Assembly (NCBI GenBank): GCA_000165425.1
Contig: CT868052.1
Coordinates: 496,001 to 560,000 of the forward strand
DNA from: Paramecium tetraurelia
Taxonomy: Eukaryota
DNA length: 64,000 bases
Direction of reading: 5' to 3'
This document shows, one piece after another, positions 39,918 to 53,000 of the stretch. The position numbers were made by a program, and so were the translations under genes. The stretch's first letter is position 1; the number at the start of each line of letters is the position of its first letter. The notes under the pieces are model-generated. The model saw only the letters and a program-made list of their open reading frames with translations. It was not told where the DNA came from and searched no databases.

Positions 39918-40257
39918 TATGTTTATTTAATAAATGAGAAAAGATGGAGACATTTTGGAATGGGCTAATTTCCTCAGAACATCTATGGACCCCCTTCTAA
40001 GAATAAAAAAAATATTCTTGTGGTATAAATGTTTCAAATTAATAAAATTTAAGGATTTATCATTTTATCAATATTTTACATAATTTGAATATTACACAGT
40101 CATATTGATTTCAACTGAGGATCATCTATATTTATGGAACCGACTTCATTAATAATTCGTATCATCTCTTGAAATTATTCGATATTAAAGAGCCCTGAGA
40201 GTGTATTTTAATTGAATATCAATACTTTAACTATAGTTAATTGTAAATGTTAACAAA

Positions 40258-41100
40258 ATGAGTTAAATCCCTATGATTTAAAAATTTTATTACAAAATTT
40301 AATATGAAAACCTAAGAAGACCTAGCTGAGTAATAAAATTGATAGGAACTATCTTAAACATTCAAAATACTCCTTTATAATAAGAATCAATAAATTACAT
40401 AGGCAATAAAAGACATGAAATTTGTTTACAACAATCAAAAACACTTGATGAACAAAGGGATTAAGTTGAGTATGTTTAATAAGGAAAGCTAATATCTAAT
40501 GCACTTGCTTTCTCTTAGAAATAAAATGATTCTGAATTAAAATAAGGACGCAATACAAAAACACATTACCTAAAATGATTTCGAGATGAAACCTTAGAAA
40601 TTTTATTTGAAAGCTATCAACTTAAAGAATTTAGTGAATGAGAACTAATAATAGGTGTGTTTAACTAAGGAATATTCAAAATGGAAATCTTATGTATTAA
40701 AATAAATCAAAGTTGTTAAAATTGATTAATTTTTATGCATGAATAACCCATTTAATTAAATCACTCTATTTCAAGATAAAGCACAACAAAAGTATGATCT
40801 GACTTAACATAAATTATTTTTAAACATTAACTAAATTAGGAACAAAAAATTTTGTATTAAACTAAAGAAGAATCAATTTTGAGATTTAAATTTAGTAGTT
40901 GTGATCAGATTATGTGAATAGAATATAAAACATTTCATATTGTAACAAAGATAATCGAAATAATGTTGTTAGAACATGTCCTATTTGCAGAACGACATAT
41001 ATAATAGAAGTCAATTAAAATAAGTTAATTAATTTCAATAATTATAAATTTGCTGTATGGCTATAATCTTGATTATTGAATATCTATTGTTGAGATGCGA
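40258..41100 (+). pseudogene. Probable decayed gene
   Basis: Protein-like frame (KTLDEQRDQVEYVQQGKLISNALAFSQ...FRDETLEILFESYQLKEFSE) interrupted by in-frame TGAs near 40576 and 40639. Confidence 0.35.
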
Positions 41101-41209
41101 TTTATAAGTCAAGACTAAATTAGTAAATATAAAAAGGGATTTTTTTCTATATTAGTGCAAAATATATATATATTTATATTATAAATAATAGTTTTCGAAA
41201 TAATAATTG

Positions 41210-43236
41210 ATGTTGAATTTACTATTCATTTTAGTGATCTCTACTTGTAGTGCAGCTAATAATTCGTCTGTGTGTTTAGATAAACTCAAAGAATTGATTG
41301 AATTACCTTTTGATGAATTCCTTGAAACCATCTTACCTTATTATTAATTATCAGGGGATTGGGTAGGCAAGTTTGGATACTATGATAGATGCTATAGAAA
41401 GGACCACTCTTATACGTCAGTCGAAATTGATTAGCAACTCTACAAATAATATTATGGATTTTGTCATTCTAATAAGTGTTCAGCCAAAGACTTTAATTCC
41501 AAGGATGGATAAGAAAATATAAAAAAAATATTGAATGACAGTGGAATTGCAAACCTAATCAATGTAAATTAATACTCTCAATGTAGATTGATCCAGATAC
41601 AATAACATTAAACTTCTATGATCCTTAAACTTATTTTCCAAATATAGGTTGGGAAACCTATGTTACGTCAGGAATATTATTAATCCTATTTATCATGATA
41701 ATTATTGATCCAATCTTGAGGTTTATAACAGCATGTTAAAACAAGCATACTCCAGATGTTAGAGATCGAAGATCTTCTAGTTTGCAGAGTCCATACGGAC
41801 TTCGAGAAGGTTTACAGGATAAGAGTCAATATTAACCAACATCTATCATTAAAGATTTCTCAATCATTATGAATTACAATAAAATAATCAATCTAAAAAC
41901 AATAGATCCTAATCTAACCATTTTTAATGGGATCAGAGCTATTTCATTTATGATGGTTGCTTATGGGCATGTTAATGAAATGACTGCAATTTCAACATAT
42001 ATTACTGAGGCTAATTTGCAATATAAGTCCTGGGTTATTATCTTACTATATGATATGATGTATGCCGTAGATATCTTCTTTTGGGTTGGTGGATTCTTTC
42101 TAGGTTATGTGATGTGTGAGGAACGAAAAGCAAAAACACTACACTAAAAACCATTATCAATATTCTTAAGTATTACTCATCGATTAATGAGAATTTGGCC
42201 ATGTTATTTATTATGTATTGCAATAAATTCATACATAATCCCATATTTGGGAAGTGGGCCTCGATGGTTTTTAGAAGAGAGAGCAACATAATGTCCAGGA
42301 GGAGCATGGAAGAATGCCTTATTTATAGATAATTTTTATGAAGATTGGCAACTATGTTTCAGTTGGGGTTGGTATTTAACATGTGATTTTCAATTATTTT
42401 TAACATGTCTAATACCAATCCTAATATATTGCTTTGATTACAAGGTTTTTTCAAAAATACTAATTATGTTGATGATTATTGGTACTTTAGGATGGGCTTA
42501 TTATCTTAGTGTTAATTATGATTTTCTAATACCAGGTCGAAATACTTATAATCCAAATTATTATTACAAATTCTATGTTAGTTCTTATGCTAGAGCACCT
42601 CCTTACTTTTTAGGTTTGTTGATTGGGATACTTTATAGAGAATTCAAGCAATCAAAAAAAAGTGGATAAGCTACATATTTGCAGTAATTTAGAGATTATG
42701 CTCAAAGAAATGGATAGAGATTGATAATGCAATTGTGCTGTTATGGATTGGGATTCGGGATAATGTCATATCTGTTTTTTGGATGGAAAAAAGAGTTCAA
42801 TCAGATTGAAATGAGTTGGCCAAAATGGTACTAGCATATTTATCATGCTTTTTGTAGATTTTTATTTACTTTCGGATTGACATTGATTGTTCTACCCAAT
42901 TTAGTTGGGGCATATGATTTGTATATATAATATTCTTATTGTAGATTAAATTCTAAATTTATGAATAACACTTTATTTAAATTTATGGCCAAAATCTCTT
43001 TTACTATGTATTTGGTGCATCTAATGATAATTTTAATTTTGACTGAGACATTCTATGAGACTCCGTCCTTTGCCCAATTAGATTTATTAACTTGTTTTGT
43101 TTGTGCAGTGGTTCTTTCGATTGTTTTTGGATTGTTTTTATCGCTTATGGTGGAGTTGCCATTTGGGAATCTGGACACGAGATTAATAAAAATTATGATG
43201 AGACCAAAAAGGAAGGTGGATACTTTATTAGATTGA
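41210..43236 (+). CDS. NRF-6-like membrane O-acyltransferase (Acyl_transf_3 with N-terminal NRF-like domain)
   Basis: Signal peptide, GKFGYYDRC...YGFCHSNKCS, FNGIRAISFMMVAYGH, YAVDIFFWVGGFFLGY, HRLMRIWP, CFSWGWYLTCDFQLF, ARAPPYFLG, AKISFTMYLVH and LMVELPF. Confidence 0.93.
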
Positions 43237-43300
43237 TTTATTTTTGATGAATATATTTATTAATATTGAAAAATTTATTGCGTTAATTTTTTTATATAAA

Positions 43301-43882
43301 ATGAGATTGAAAAAAATCAAAAAAATCAGAGTGGTCTTTTTATTTTTGATTTTGATAATGATCATATTGGAGTCCTTAATGGATACGATATGCGTAATTA
43401 GGGAGGAGGCTCATTTAACATTATATATTCTCGATATTGTTCTATATGTGCTCATTGTTTTTGTAGAAGCACTGCAAATAGATTACTTAGTATAGGTAAT
43501 AAAAAAGTAGAAACATCCACACATAAGAGGGAACATAAAATTATATGAAGCCTTTGTGTCTTTATCGATGCTATTTCTATTAAATCACATATGTTTCCAA
43601 AGTTATTTTATGTATATTAATCGTGGAATATAAGAATGTTACTATCTATCCTCGGAAGGAGATAGAAAATGGTTGATATTTTTGTTTACTTTATTCATTG
43701 AATTATTAGTCTTCATAGATTTGCTAATAGTTTGTATTTAAGTTTGTAGAATAATTAAAAAGGATACAATTAGAAGTTCCAGTTTTTTGGTGCTCCATAA
43801 GTACCTAGAGGATTATTTGGCATAGGAGCGAGGATCAAAATAACCTATCAGCTATTCGGTTGAATCCTTGGGAAACTTCTGA
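43301..43882 (+). CDS. Hypothetical ~193-aa protein with about four transmembrane segments
   Basis: Uninterrupted code-6 ORF of 582 nt with four hydrophobic stretches. Confidence 0.7.
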
Positions 43883-44081
43883 ATGTTTTTGTATTTATAT
43901 ATTTTATACAAATAATCAAATTTTCTATGGTCGCTTTCCACAAGAATGATAATTGGAATTAATAGGTTGAATTGCAGAGAGATTTCACAGAATTGGTAAT
44001 GAAATTGAGTTTCCAAAAAAAACGGAACTTGTTTATATTAAATTAGTCTTTATTATTTATTATTATTATTTATTGATTCAA

Positions 44082-47000
44082 ATGAAGAAGTTATCAGTTT
44101 ACTTCTTATTGATATTGATGATTGCCATGACATGTAATAGTTGTTTAACCAAATTAGTTTAAGAGCAAATTAAACTTGGAAGCTATGTTCAAATGCATGA
44201 TCTAGAAAAAGTGGGTTCAATGGAGTTCACCAATCTAAATTGTGACTAAGACTTACTTAAATTGCAGCAATCCTTACAAACTTGGATAGAAATATTAAAA
44301 AATAAAGATTATTTAGAGGATGATGTGAATAATCTATCAGCATTGAAACTCGTTATTGCAAATATAAAAAACAATCAGAATCCAGAATTGCCAAGTATAT
44401 AATACCTAATAATACAGAACTCTTCTAATACAAGCAATCCTATGTTGAACTAGTAAATTCAATCGGTTCAACTGAACAAACAGCATTTGATTAATGGAGA
44501 CAAGAAGGACCATACAAGCTAATTCAATCAATCAATCTCATTGAACAAGCTGAGTCATCCTAAGATATCCTGGAGTATTGCACTCAACTTGATTCGATGA
44601 TCAATCTTCTCATTAATGAGAGAGAAGAATTAAAGCAACAAATTAACACATCACAAGTAACAATTATACAATTCACCATAGTTGGTAGTTGACTAACTGG
44701 AGCAAAAGTCAAAGGAAGTGTAACAAGCACTTGAGCAATGCAAATTACAATCATAATAAAAGCCATAAGTCAATCAGCCAGAAATCTAGTAGCCAATTAA
44801 AATTGAAGACAACGGATTAATACATGAGTCATCTGTGGATCAGGAGAAACCAGTATTTGAAAACACTATAGAAAAAGAGTAAGAGTTCATAGAATATGGG
44901 TATGGATATTGGTCAAGATTTTTGACTCTCTATCCAAAACGATTAGAAAATGGAAAGGATGCACCTTGGTATTTTTTAAGTAGATTAACTTCAAATAAAA
45001 ATTATTAAAATATTGCTATGAATGACAGACTATTGGCAATATGGTTAGGCTAGGGATTCTATCATTTCACTACATGTGATGAAATATAGAATCAACCCAA
45101 TGTAGTTTAAAATATCAATCATCATGATGACATTGAAGGGTAATGGACTTATATTTATTATTCATACAATTCTGTTTCAAAATAAGCAGTTGCAATTATT
45201 CAATATGGTCAAGAATAACCATAATAAATTACTCACAATGTTCTACATACAAAGTCTAAATACTTAAGATTCCTAGTTGGTGGTAAAGACAATAATTAAT
45301 ATCCTGGATTCAATGGGTAATTTTCATCAATATTCTTATCAACAAATCCTGGTGTCTTTATTTCTACTATTGCTAAATTTAACGAATCATTCAAGTCAGT
45401 GAAATTACCAACTCAAGATTTTGAATCCATATTTAGAGTTTAATTGATAGATTAAGAAGTCACTAGAAATCCTTCCCTTGAAGGAGATTACATGGCAGTT
45501 GGAGGAGGAACAAAGAAGTTTCCTCTTGAGTATTCAATTAGTGGTTGGTTCAAATGGGAAGAGATTGTTTAATAAGTGTGGCATTCAGTCTTTAGAGTGC
45601 AAATAAACAAACCATCAACCGATAAGTTTCTTGGAGACAGAACATTGTGTATGTTCATAGGAACAGCATAAGGAGGAATATTCCATTTTCCTACTTATTC
45701 ATATTAAAACATGAAGGGAGAGGGAACTTCCAATTTAGTCAATAACATTCATCACAACAACAAACATCTGGATTGGTTTTTTGTGTATTTTGGCTATTCA
45801 AAGAAACTAAAAAAGGCATTTGTATAAGTAAGATTGTCAACTGGAATCGAAACCTTAGAATACAATGATGTTAACCATTATTATACACCTCAATTCCATA
45901 CTTATGTCGGAAAAGATGAGCATTTTCCAGGCTTCAATGGTAAAATAGCATATGTAAATTTTGTTCTTGGGTCTGGCTCTTATAGAAATAAACCAGATTT
46001 CATTATAAAGGATGACTTATTTGGTTATGAAGTTGGAGACACTAATCTCATAAAAAAAGTCTAGAAAGTGAATGAATAGAAAATACCAGCTGATGATGTT
46101 AAATTAGAAGAGCCCATCAAACCTGAAGAAGTGAAACCAGCATTCTATGATAACGAAGATAGGGAAGTATCTTTTGAATCTACGGCACCTGTGCTTGAAA
46201 AAGAATATGAAGATTGTCCCTAAGTTTATGGGTATGGATTTTGGCTTAGATTTATGCATGCTTATCCTAAGAGGCTACTGTAGGGTAAGAACGCCCCTTG
46301 GTATTTCATTTCTCGATTGACATCTAATAGAAAATATGATAATGTGTAAATGGGAGATAGACTACTAGCTATATGGTTGGGACAATCATTCTATCATTTC
46401 ACCACTTGTGATACACAAAAGAACGAAGCCAATATAATATCAAATATTGATTATCCAGCAGATATTGAGGGTGTTTGGACCTATATACATTATTCATATA
46501 GTAAATAAACTCAGATGGCTAATTCATTTATAAGATATTCATAATCTGATATTTAATCCTCAAGTGTCTAAGTTTAACATCCTGACGTTGATTATTTGAA
46601 GTTCATTTTTGGAGGAAATGATTAAAATAGATATCCAGGATTCAATGGATTCATATCTAAAATTATGATTACCATTTCTAAAGATAACTTTCTTTCAACC
46701 AAAGACGAATTCATAACATTTGTTTCTAAATTAGAACAACCTAAGATTGGTCTCACTGATTTCACTACCTATTAATTGATTGAGAATGAAACTCAGCGAT
46801 AAGATTCTGATGAATCTCTTGTTAAAACCTTAAATGATAACAAATAGAGATTCCCTCAGGAATATGCCATGAGTGGTTGGTTTAAATGGATTGGACCTTA
46901 GAGAACTCCATGGCATAATATTTTTAGAGTCTAAATCCAAACACCTTCTACAGATATTTATTTGGGAGATAGGACTTTAAGCATGTGGCTCGGTTCAATT

Positions 47001-50000
47001 GAAGGAGGGGTCTTACACTTCCCAACTTATACATATGATAATACTAATTCCAAGGGCAATCCTAACTATTATAAAAATATCAAACACAATCAAAGACATT
47101 TGGAATGGTTTTATGTGTATTTTGGATACTAGAAGTCAACTAAACTAGCATATGTTTAAGTAGCTTGGCCTAAAGACACTCAAGATATATTGTATTAAAA
47201 TATCAACCATTATTTGACTCCTTCCTTTTACATTTTCGTGGGAAAAGATAACTTTTACCCAGGACTATCAGGCAAGTTAGCATATGTCTATTTCAGCCTT
47301 GGTAATGGATCATTTAAAATGAAAAATGAAATTACAGATGTCGTTGAGTCTTATTTGAAAGGAAATGTGGTTATAAAACCATAGATTTCTAATTCTTAAA
47401 AAAAAGAATAAGAACAATCTACTTAAGAAATTAAATAGGTTAATTCAGATATTAAAGTAGTTAATCAAGAAGTTAAATAAGTTAATTAAGAAATTAAACA
47501 AACTAATTAAGAAGAGAAATAAACTACTTAAGAAACTAAATCAGTTAATCAAGAAATTAGATAAAATAATTCAGAAACTCAACAAATTAATTAAGAAACT
47601 AAATCAGTTATTTCAGAAACTAAATCAACTAATCAAGAAACTCAGTAAGTTAATCAAGAAACTAAATAAACTAATTAAGAAGTGAAATAAACTACTTAAG
47701 AGACTAAGTAGATTAATTAAGAAACGAAATAAACTAATCAAGAAACTAGAGAAGTTAGTTAAGAAACTAAATAAGTAAATTAAGAGATCAAATAAACTAC
47801 TTAAGAAAATAAGCAAGTTAATCAAGAAGTTAAATAAGAAACATAATAAGTCAATTAACAAACTAAATAAGTGAGTTAAGAGACATAACAAACCAATTAA
47901 GAAACTAGATAAACTACTTAAGAAGTTAAATAAACTAACTAAGAATCTAAATAAGTTAATTAAGAAGTGAAATAAACGACTTAGGAAACTAAATAAACTA
48001 ATGAATAAACTAAATAAACTAATGAATAAATTAAATAATCTAATGAATAAATTAAATAAGCTACTTAAGAAACGAAATAAATTACCTAAGAAATTAAATA
48101 AGTTGATTAGAAATAATAAACAGCTGTTCCTTATGATCATGATACTATTAAAGAAGGCTATTCAGATACACCAGGATTAAAACCTGGAAAGATTGATCAA
48201 TCAGAATAGTAAGAATGTTAAGAATAAACAAATGACAAAGATACTCCCCTTGATCGACCAATTGAAAAGAAGTCTGTAAGTCGTACAGTTTAACAGTAAG
48301 AATAAACGTCAGAAGAAGCTTAAGCAATCATTATAGATTCCAAAGTTGATTAAAGTTTAAGTAATTCTGAATAAAACTAAGAAATAATTAAGAAAGTAGA
48401 TTAAAAAGTTGAGTCAAGTCAAAATAATGCTTAAGAAACTGAATAAGTTACTTCAAAGGTAACTGAAACTACTTCCTAAACTAACTCAATAACTTAGTAA
48501 ACAAATGATTAATCTTCTATTACAAATAAATAAACCTAATAAACCAATGAGACTATTTAATAAAATAATAAAACAATATAGGAAACAAATGAATCCATTT
48601 CTTAAAATAATAAAACAGTTTAAGAAACAAATGAAACCACTTAATAAAACAATAAGACAATTTAAGAAACAAATGAGACTGTGTAATAAGTTAATAAAGC
48701 ATAATAAGAAACAAGTTAATCTACTTAATAAACTACTTAATAAACAACTTAATAAACTACTTAATAAACAACTTAATAATCTACTTAATCAACACAATAA
48801 TCCAATTCATAAACAACTGAATCAACATCAACTTAAACAAACTAAGAAATCAATTAGACTTCTTAATAAACTGATAAAACTACCTCAGAAATAAACGAAT
48901 AATCATAAGAATAACATGATTTCAAAATTATTGATCATAAAAACGAAGAAACAATTGATTAATAAACTATAGATATGCCAACATAAGAGGATGACTATTG
49001 TGTTTAAGATTAAGATGATGAATTAGAGGATGTTAAGGAAATTAAGATTATTCCAGGATAAACCTATGAAAATTAAATATCAAATGACAAAGAAGGAAAA
49101 AATCCCATAGTTGACTAAGGAATAACTGTGGCAAATAATTATCAAGAATATGGTTATGGTTTTTGGATGAGATTCTTAACATTATACCCTAAAGAGCTAA
49201 TCAAAGGAAAGGATGCTCCTTGGTACTTCATAAGTAGATTGACAAGAAATAAAAATTACGAAAATATTAAGTTGGGTGATAGAGTATTAGCAATATGGTA
49301 AGGAGCAGGATTTTACCATTTCACTACTTATGATACTGATGGATTAAAGCCTAATGTTCTATTAAATATTGATTATCCAAATGATATTGAGGGTGTGTGG
49401 ACGTACATTTATTATTCGTACAGTACAGAACTTGAATAGGCTGTTGGACATATAAAATTTGGAAATTAAAAATTCACCACTATAAAGTAAAATGTGAAGC
49501 ATGCTCCAACCACCTATTTGAGATTCATTTTAGGAGGTAACGACTAGAATAGATTTCCAAGTTTCAACGGAATTTTCACTAAAATAACTTTTGGCATAAA
49601 AAAGGGAACTTTTCTTCAGACATCAGAGTAGCTAATAATGAAATTAAATATTCATGAAGTGCCTTAGTAAATTGGGGAAGTAGCATAGAGTGTGAGGATA
49701 GTAGAAAACTAGGAAGCAAGAACTTCAGAGAATATGTATGAATATAAGGAAATAAAGAATAAGAAAGTTAAGTTTCCCTCAGAATATGCGTTGAGTGGAT
49801 GGTTCAAATGGTCTACATTGATGGAAAAGGAATGGCATAACTTATTCAGAATATAGATTAGAAAGGAATCCACGGATAGTTTCTTGGGAGACAGAACATT
49901 ATCATGTTGGATTGGAAAGACATAAGGTGGTGTGTATCAATTTCCCACTTACACGTACACGAATATGATTGGTAACGGAAATGCAAACTTATATAAAAAT

Positions 50001-53000
50001 ATCAATTTAAAGGATAGACATACAAAATGGCATTTCATCTATTTTGGATATTCAAAGATCAAGAGTTAGGCCAACGCTTATGTAAAATGGTAAGAGGATG
50101 AAGATTAAATATTGTATGAGAATGTGAATCATTATTATGTCAAAAGATTATATGCATATGTTGGAAAGGATAAGTTTTACCCAGGGTTGAATGGTAAGAT
50201 GGCATATGTGGTTGTGAATTTTGGATTGGGTGCTTATAAGAATCAGAGGTAATTTGATGAAGAGATTTTCAATTTCAATTTGGGAGTGAGAGAATTGATT
50301 AAACGTACTTAGGATGTGTAATTTTAACCATCAATAAGCTAAGAAAAAATGGAGTAGAGTGGATTTGATTCAGATTAGGCTAGTTTTGAACAGGAGGAAA
50401 ATGGTGAGAGACCATTTATGTAATATGGTTATGGTTATTGGATGAGATTTTTGACACTCTATCCAAAGAAACTATTGAATGGTAAGACTGCACCTTGGTA
50501 TTTTGTGTCAAGAATGACATGGAATAAGAATTACAATGATATAAATATGGGGGATAGAGCTTTGGCAGTATTCTTGGGAAAAGGATTCTATTAGTTTTCT
50601 ACTTGTAATTTGATTACTAAGAACACAAATCAAGAGTAGAGAATTACTCACCCAGATGATATCGAAGGAGTCTGGACATTTGTCTATTATTCATATAATA
50701 AGGAATTAGGGAAGGCTGTTGGATTTATGAGATTTGGAAATGGCAAGTTTTAATAGATTTAGCATACACAGGTTACACATTAAGATACTAAATATTTAAA
50801 ATTAATTGTAGGTGGAACTGATAAAAGAAGATATCCTGGATTCAATGGTCAATTTGCTAAGATATCATTCTCATCAAAAGAAGGATCTTTTGTGGATTAG
50901 GAGAAGGTTCTGAAATCTTATACACTTGAGAAAAGAGTACAGAAAATTGTAACAATGAATGTGTTGGGAGATTAATAGTAGAGGAAAACAGGGGATGAAG
51001 GAGTTTTTGCTCAAAGTGATAAAGTGGATTTGCCAACCGAATATGCTATTAGTGGTTGGTTCAAATGGCTATAGGTGGATAAATAGGAACCTTAGCATAG
51101 CATGTTCAAAGTGACAATCAGAAATCCTTCAGATGATCACTTAGGAGATAAAACCTTAGTGGGTTATGTAGGAACAAATGAGATTTAGTTTTCTACTTAT
51201 AGTTTCGAGAACATGGATGGAAGTGGTAATAAAGATCTACAAAGAAGGATCGAGCATAAGAATAGGCATTACAGATGGTTCTTTGTTTATTTTGGATATT
51301 AACATGAGACATCAACATGTCATGTCCATATTTAATGGTCGGATGAGATGTCTTAGTAGGGATTCGTACACATTAATCATTATTTGACAAATCAATTTTA
51401 CATCTATGTTGGTAAAGAACCTCTTGTTGCTGGGTTCAATGGATTGATTACATAGGTCAAATTCAATATGGGTGAAGGAGCATTCAAATAAAGTACTGAT
51501 TATAAGGATCAGGACAATATATTTGGTTTTGATTTATAAACAATTAGGAAGGAAGTTAAAACATTTGATATCACTAAATCTAAGGAGAAAATTATGATAG
51601 ACTCAAATAGTGATGAGGAATCTAATTATCTGAAAGTGTTCAATAAAGATGAGTTGGATGAGGTCTTTGAATATGGATATGGGTTTTGGTTAAGATATCT
51701 AAGGAATTATCCAAAAGTGTAAATTGAAGGATTAAAGTAGGATTGGAGTTTCATCAGTAGATTGACTAAGAATGATGTTTTGCAAGATCTTACATTAGGA
51801 GACAGAACACTGGCAATTTGGTTGGGCAAAGGGTTCTATCATTTTACTACTTACAATTAGTAAATCTCTAATATCTTCACCAATGTGAATCACCCTGCAG
51901 ATATCGAAGGTTTATGGACATTCATTCATTACTCACACAATCTTAATAAGGAATAGAGTGTATCTTTCATTTAATTTGGTAATGATAAGCCAGTAAGGTC
52001 AGTGTAATAGAGTGTTCAAGTGATACCAACTATTTTGAAGTTCTATTTGGGAGGTCGACACTTGACTTACAAGGGATTTAATGGATAGATAAGTGGGGCC
52101 TATGTTAGTGTGAATAAAGGCATTTATATTGATAATGAGGAGAAGTTCCAAGATTTATTAAAATCTATTCCTCAACCTACAACATACAGAGCAGAACTGA
52201 TTCAAAACTTGTTGGTGGAGAAAAGCACAAGATTTGAGATGAATTCAGAAGCGAAGCAATTTGAGTTTGAGAATTAGAAATTCAGTGGAGAATACTCTTG
52301 GAGTGGTTGGTTCAAATGGTCGAGTGTCATTTAAAATGCATGGCATTTGGCTGTTAGGTTGTCTACACTTGAGAATTATGAAAATAAAAATAGTTTGGGA
52401 GACAGAACATTATGTTTATGGATAGGATAGTAAGCAGGTGGAATCCTTTATTTCTCTACTTACACTTACACAGATTTATATGGATCGGGAAATCCAAACA
52501 GTGTTTAAAATGTTCAATACAAGGATGATATTGCAAAATGGCATTTTATTTATTTTGGATATTCAAGAGTTTAATAGTTGGCTTATGGTAAAGTTGAGTT
52601 TGGGTATAGAAAAGAATAAGTCAATTTTGAGCATCACCATCATTATTTACCAAACAAATTCTTTTTGTCAGTAGGCAAAGACAAATGGCATGATCCTTAT
52701 TTAGGCAATATAGCTTATTTGAGATTCCAATCAGGATAAGGAGCATTTTATTAAGGAGAATTCAAAGAAGTCAAAGATGACTTATTTGGTAATAAATTAG
52801 GATCAATGGAATTATTGAAATCTAAGATTAAATTCGATATTGATAAGGATGCTATCACTAAAATGTTTGCATCTCCATAAGTGGACTAAAAGGAACCAAT
52901 ATTCTCTAAAATATTTAATGAAGAAGAATTGGACAATGTATCTGAATATGGATATGGATTTTGGTGTAGATTTTTAACTAGATATCCAACCTAACTTATT

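Noticed and set aside
47625..48140. 171-aa Leu/Phe/Ser-rich minus-strand ORF in the supplied track
   Set aside because: It is the antisense shadow of the 21-bp heptad repeat inside the giant plus-strand gene.
47420..48790. Regular short repeats suggestive of a CRISPR array or satellite
   Set aside because: The repeats are contiguous, degenerate, in-frame and coding, with no unique spacers, in a eukaryotic context.
48505..48894. 129-aa plus-strand ORF (MINLLLQINKPNK...)
   Set aside because: It is an off-frame reading of the Q/T-rich repeats. The true frame uses TAA as Gln.
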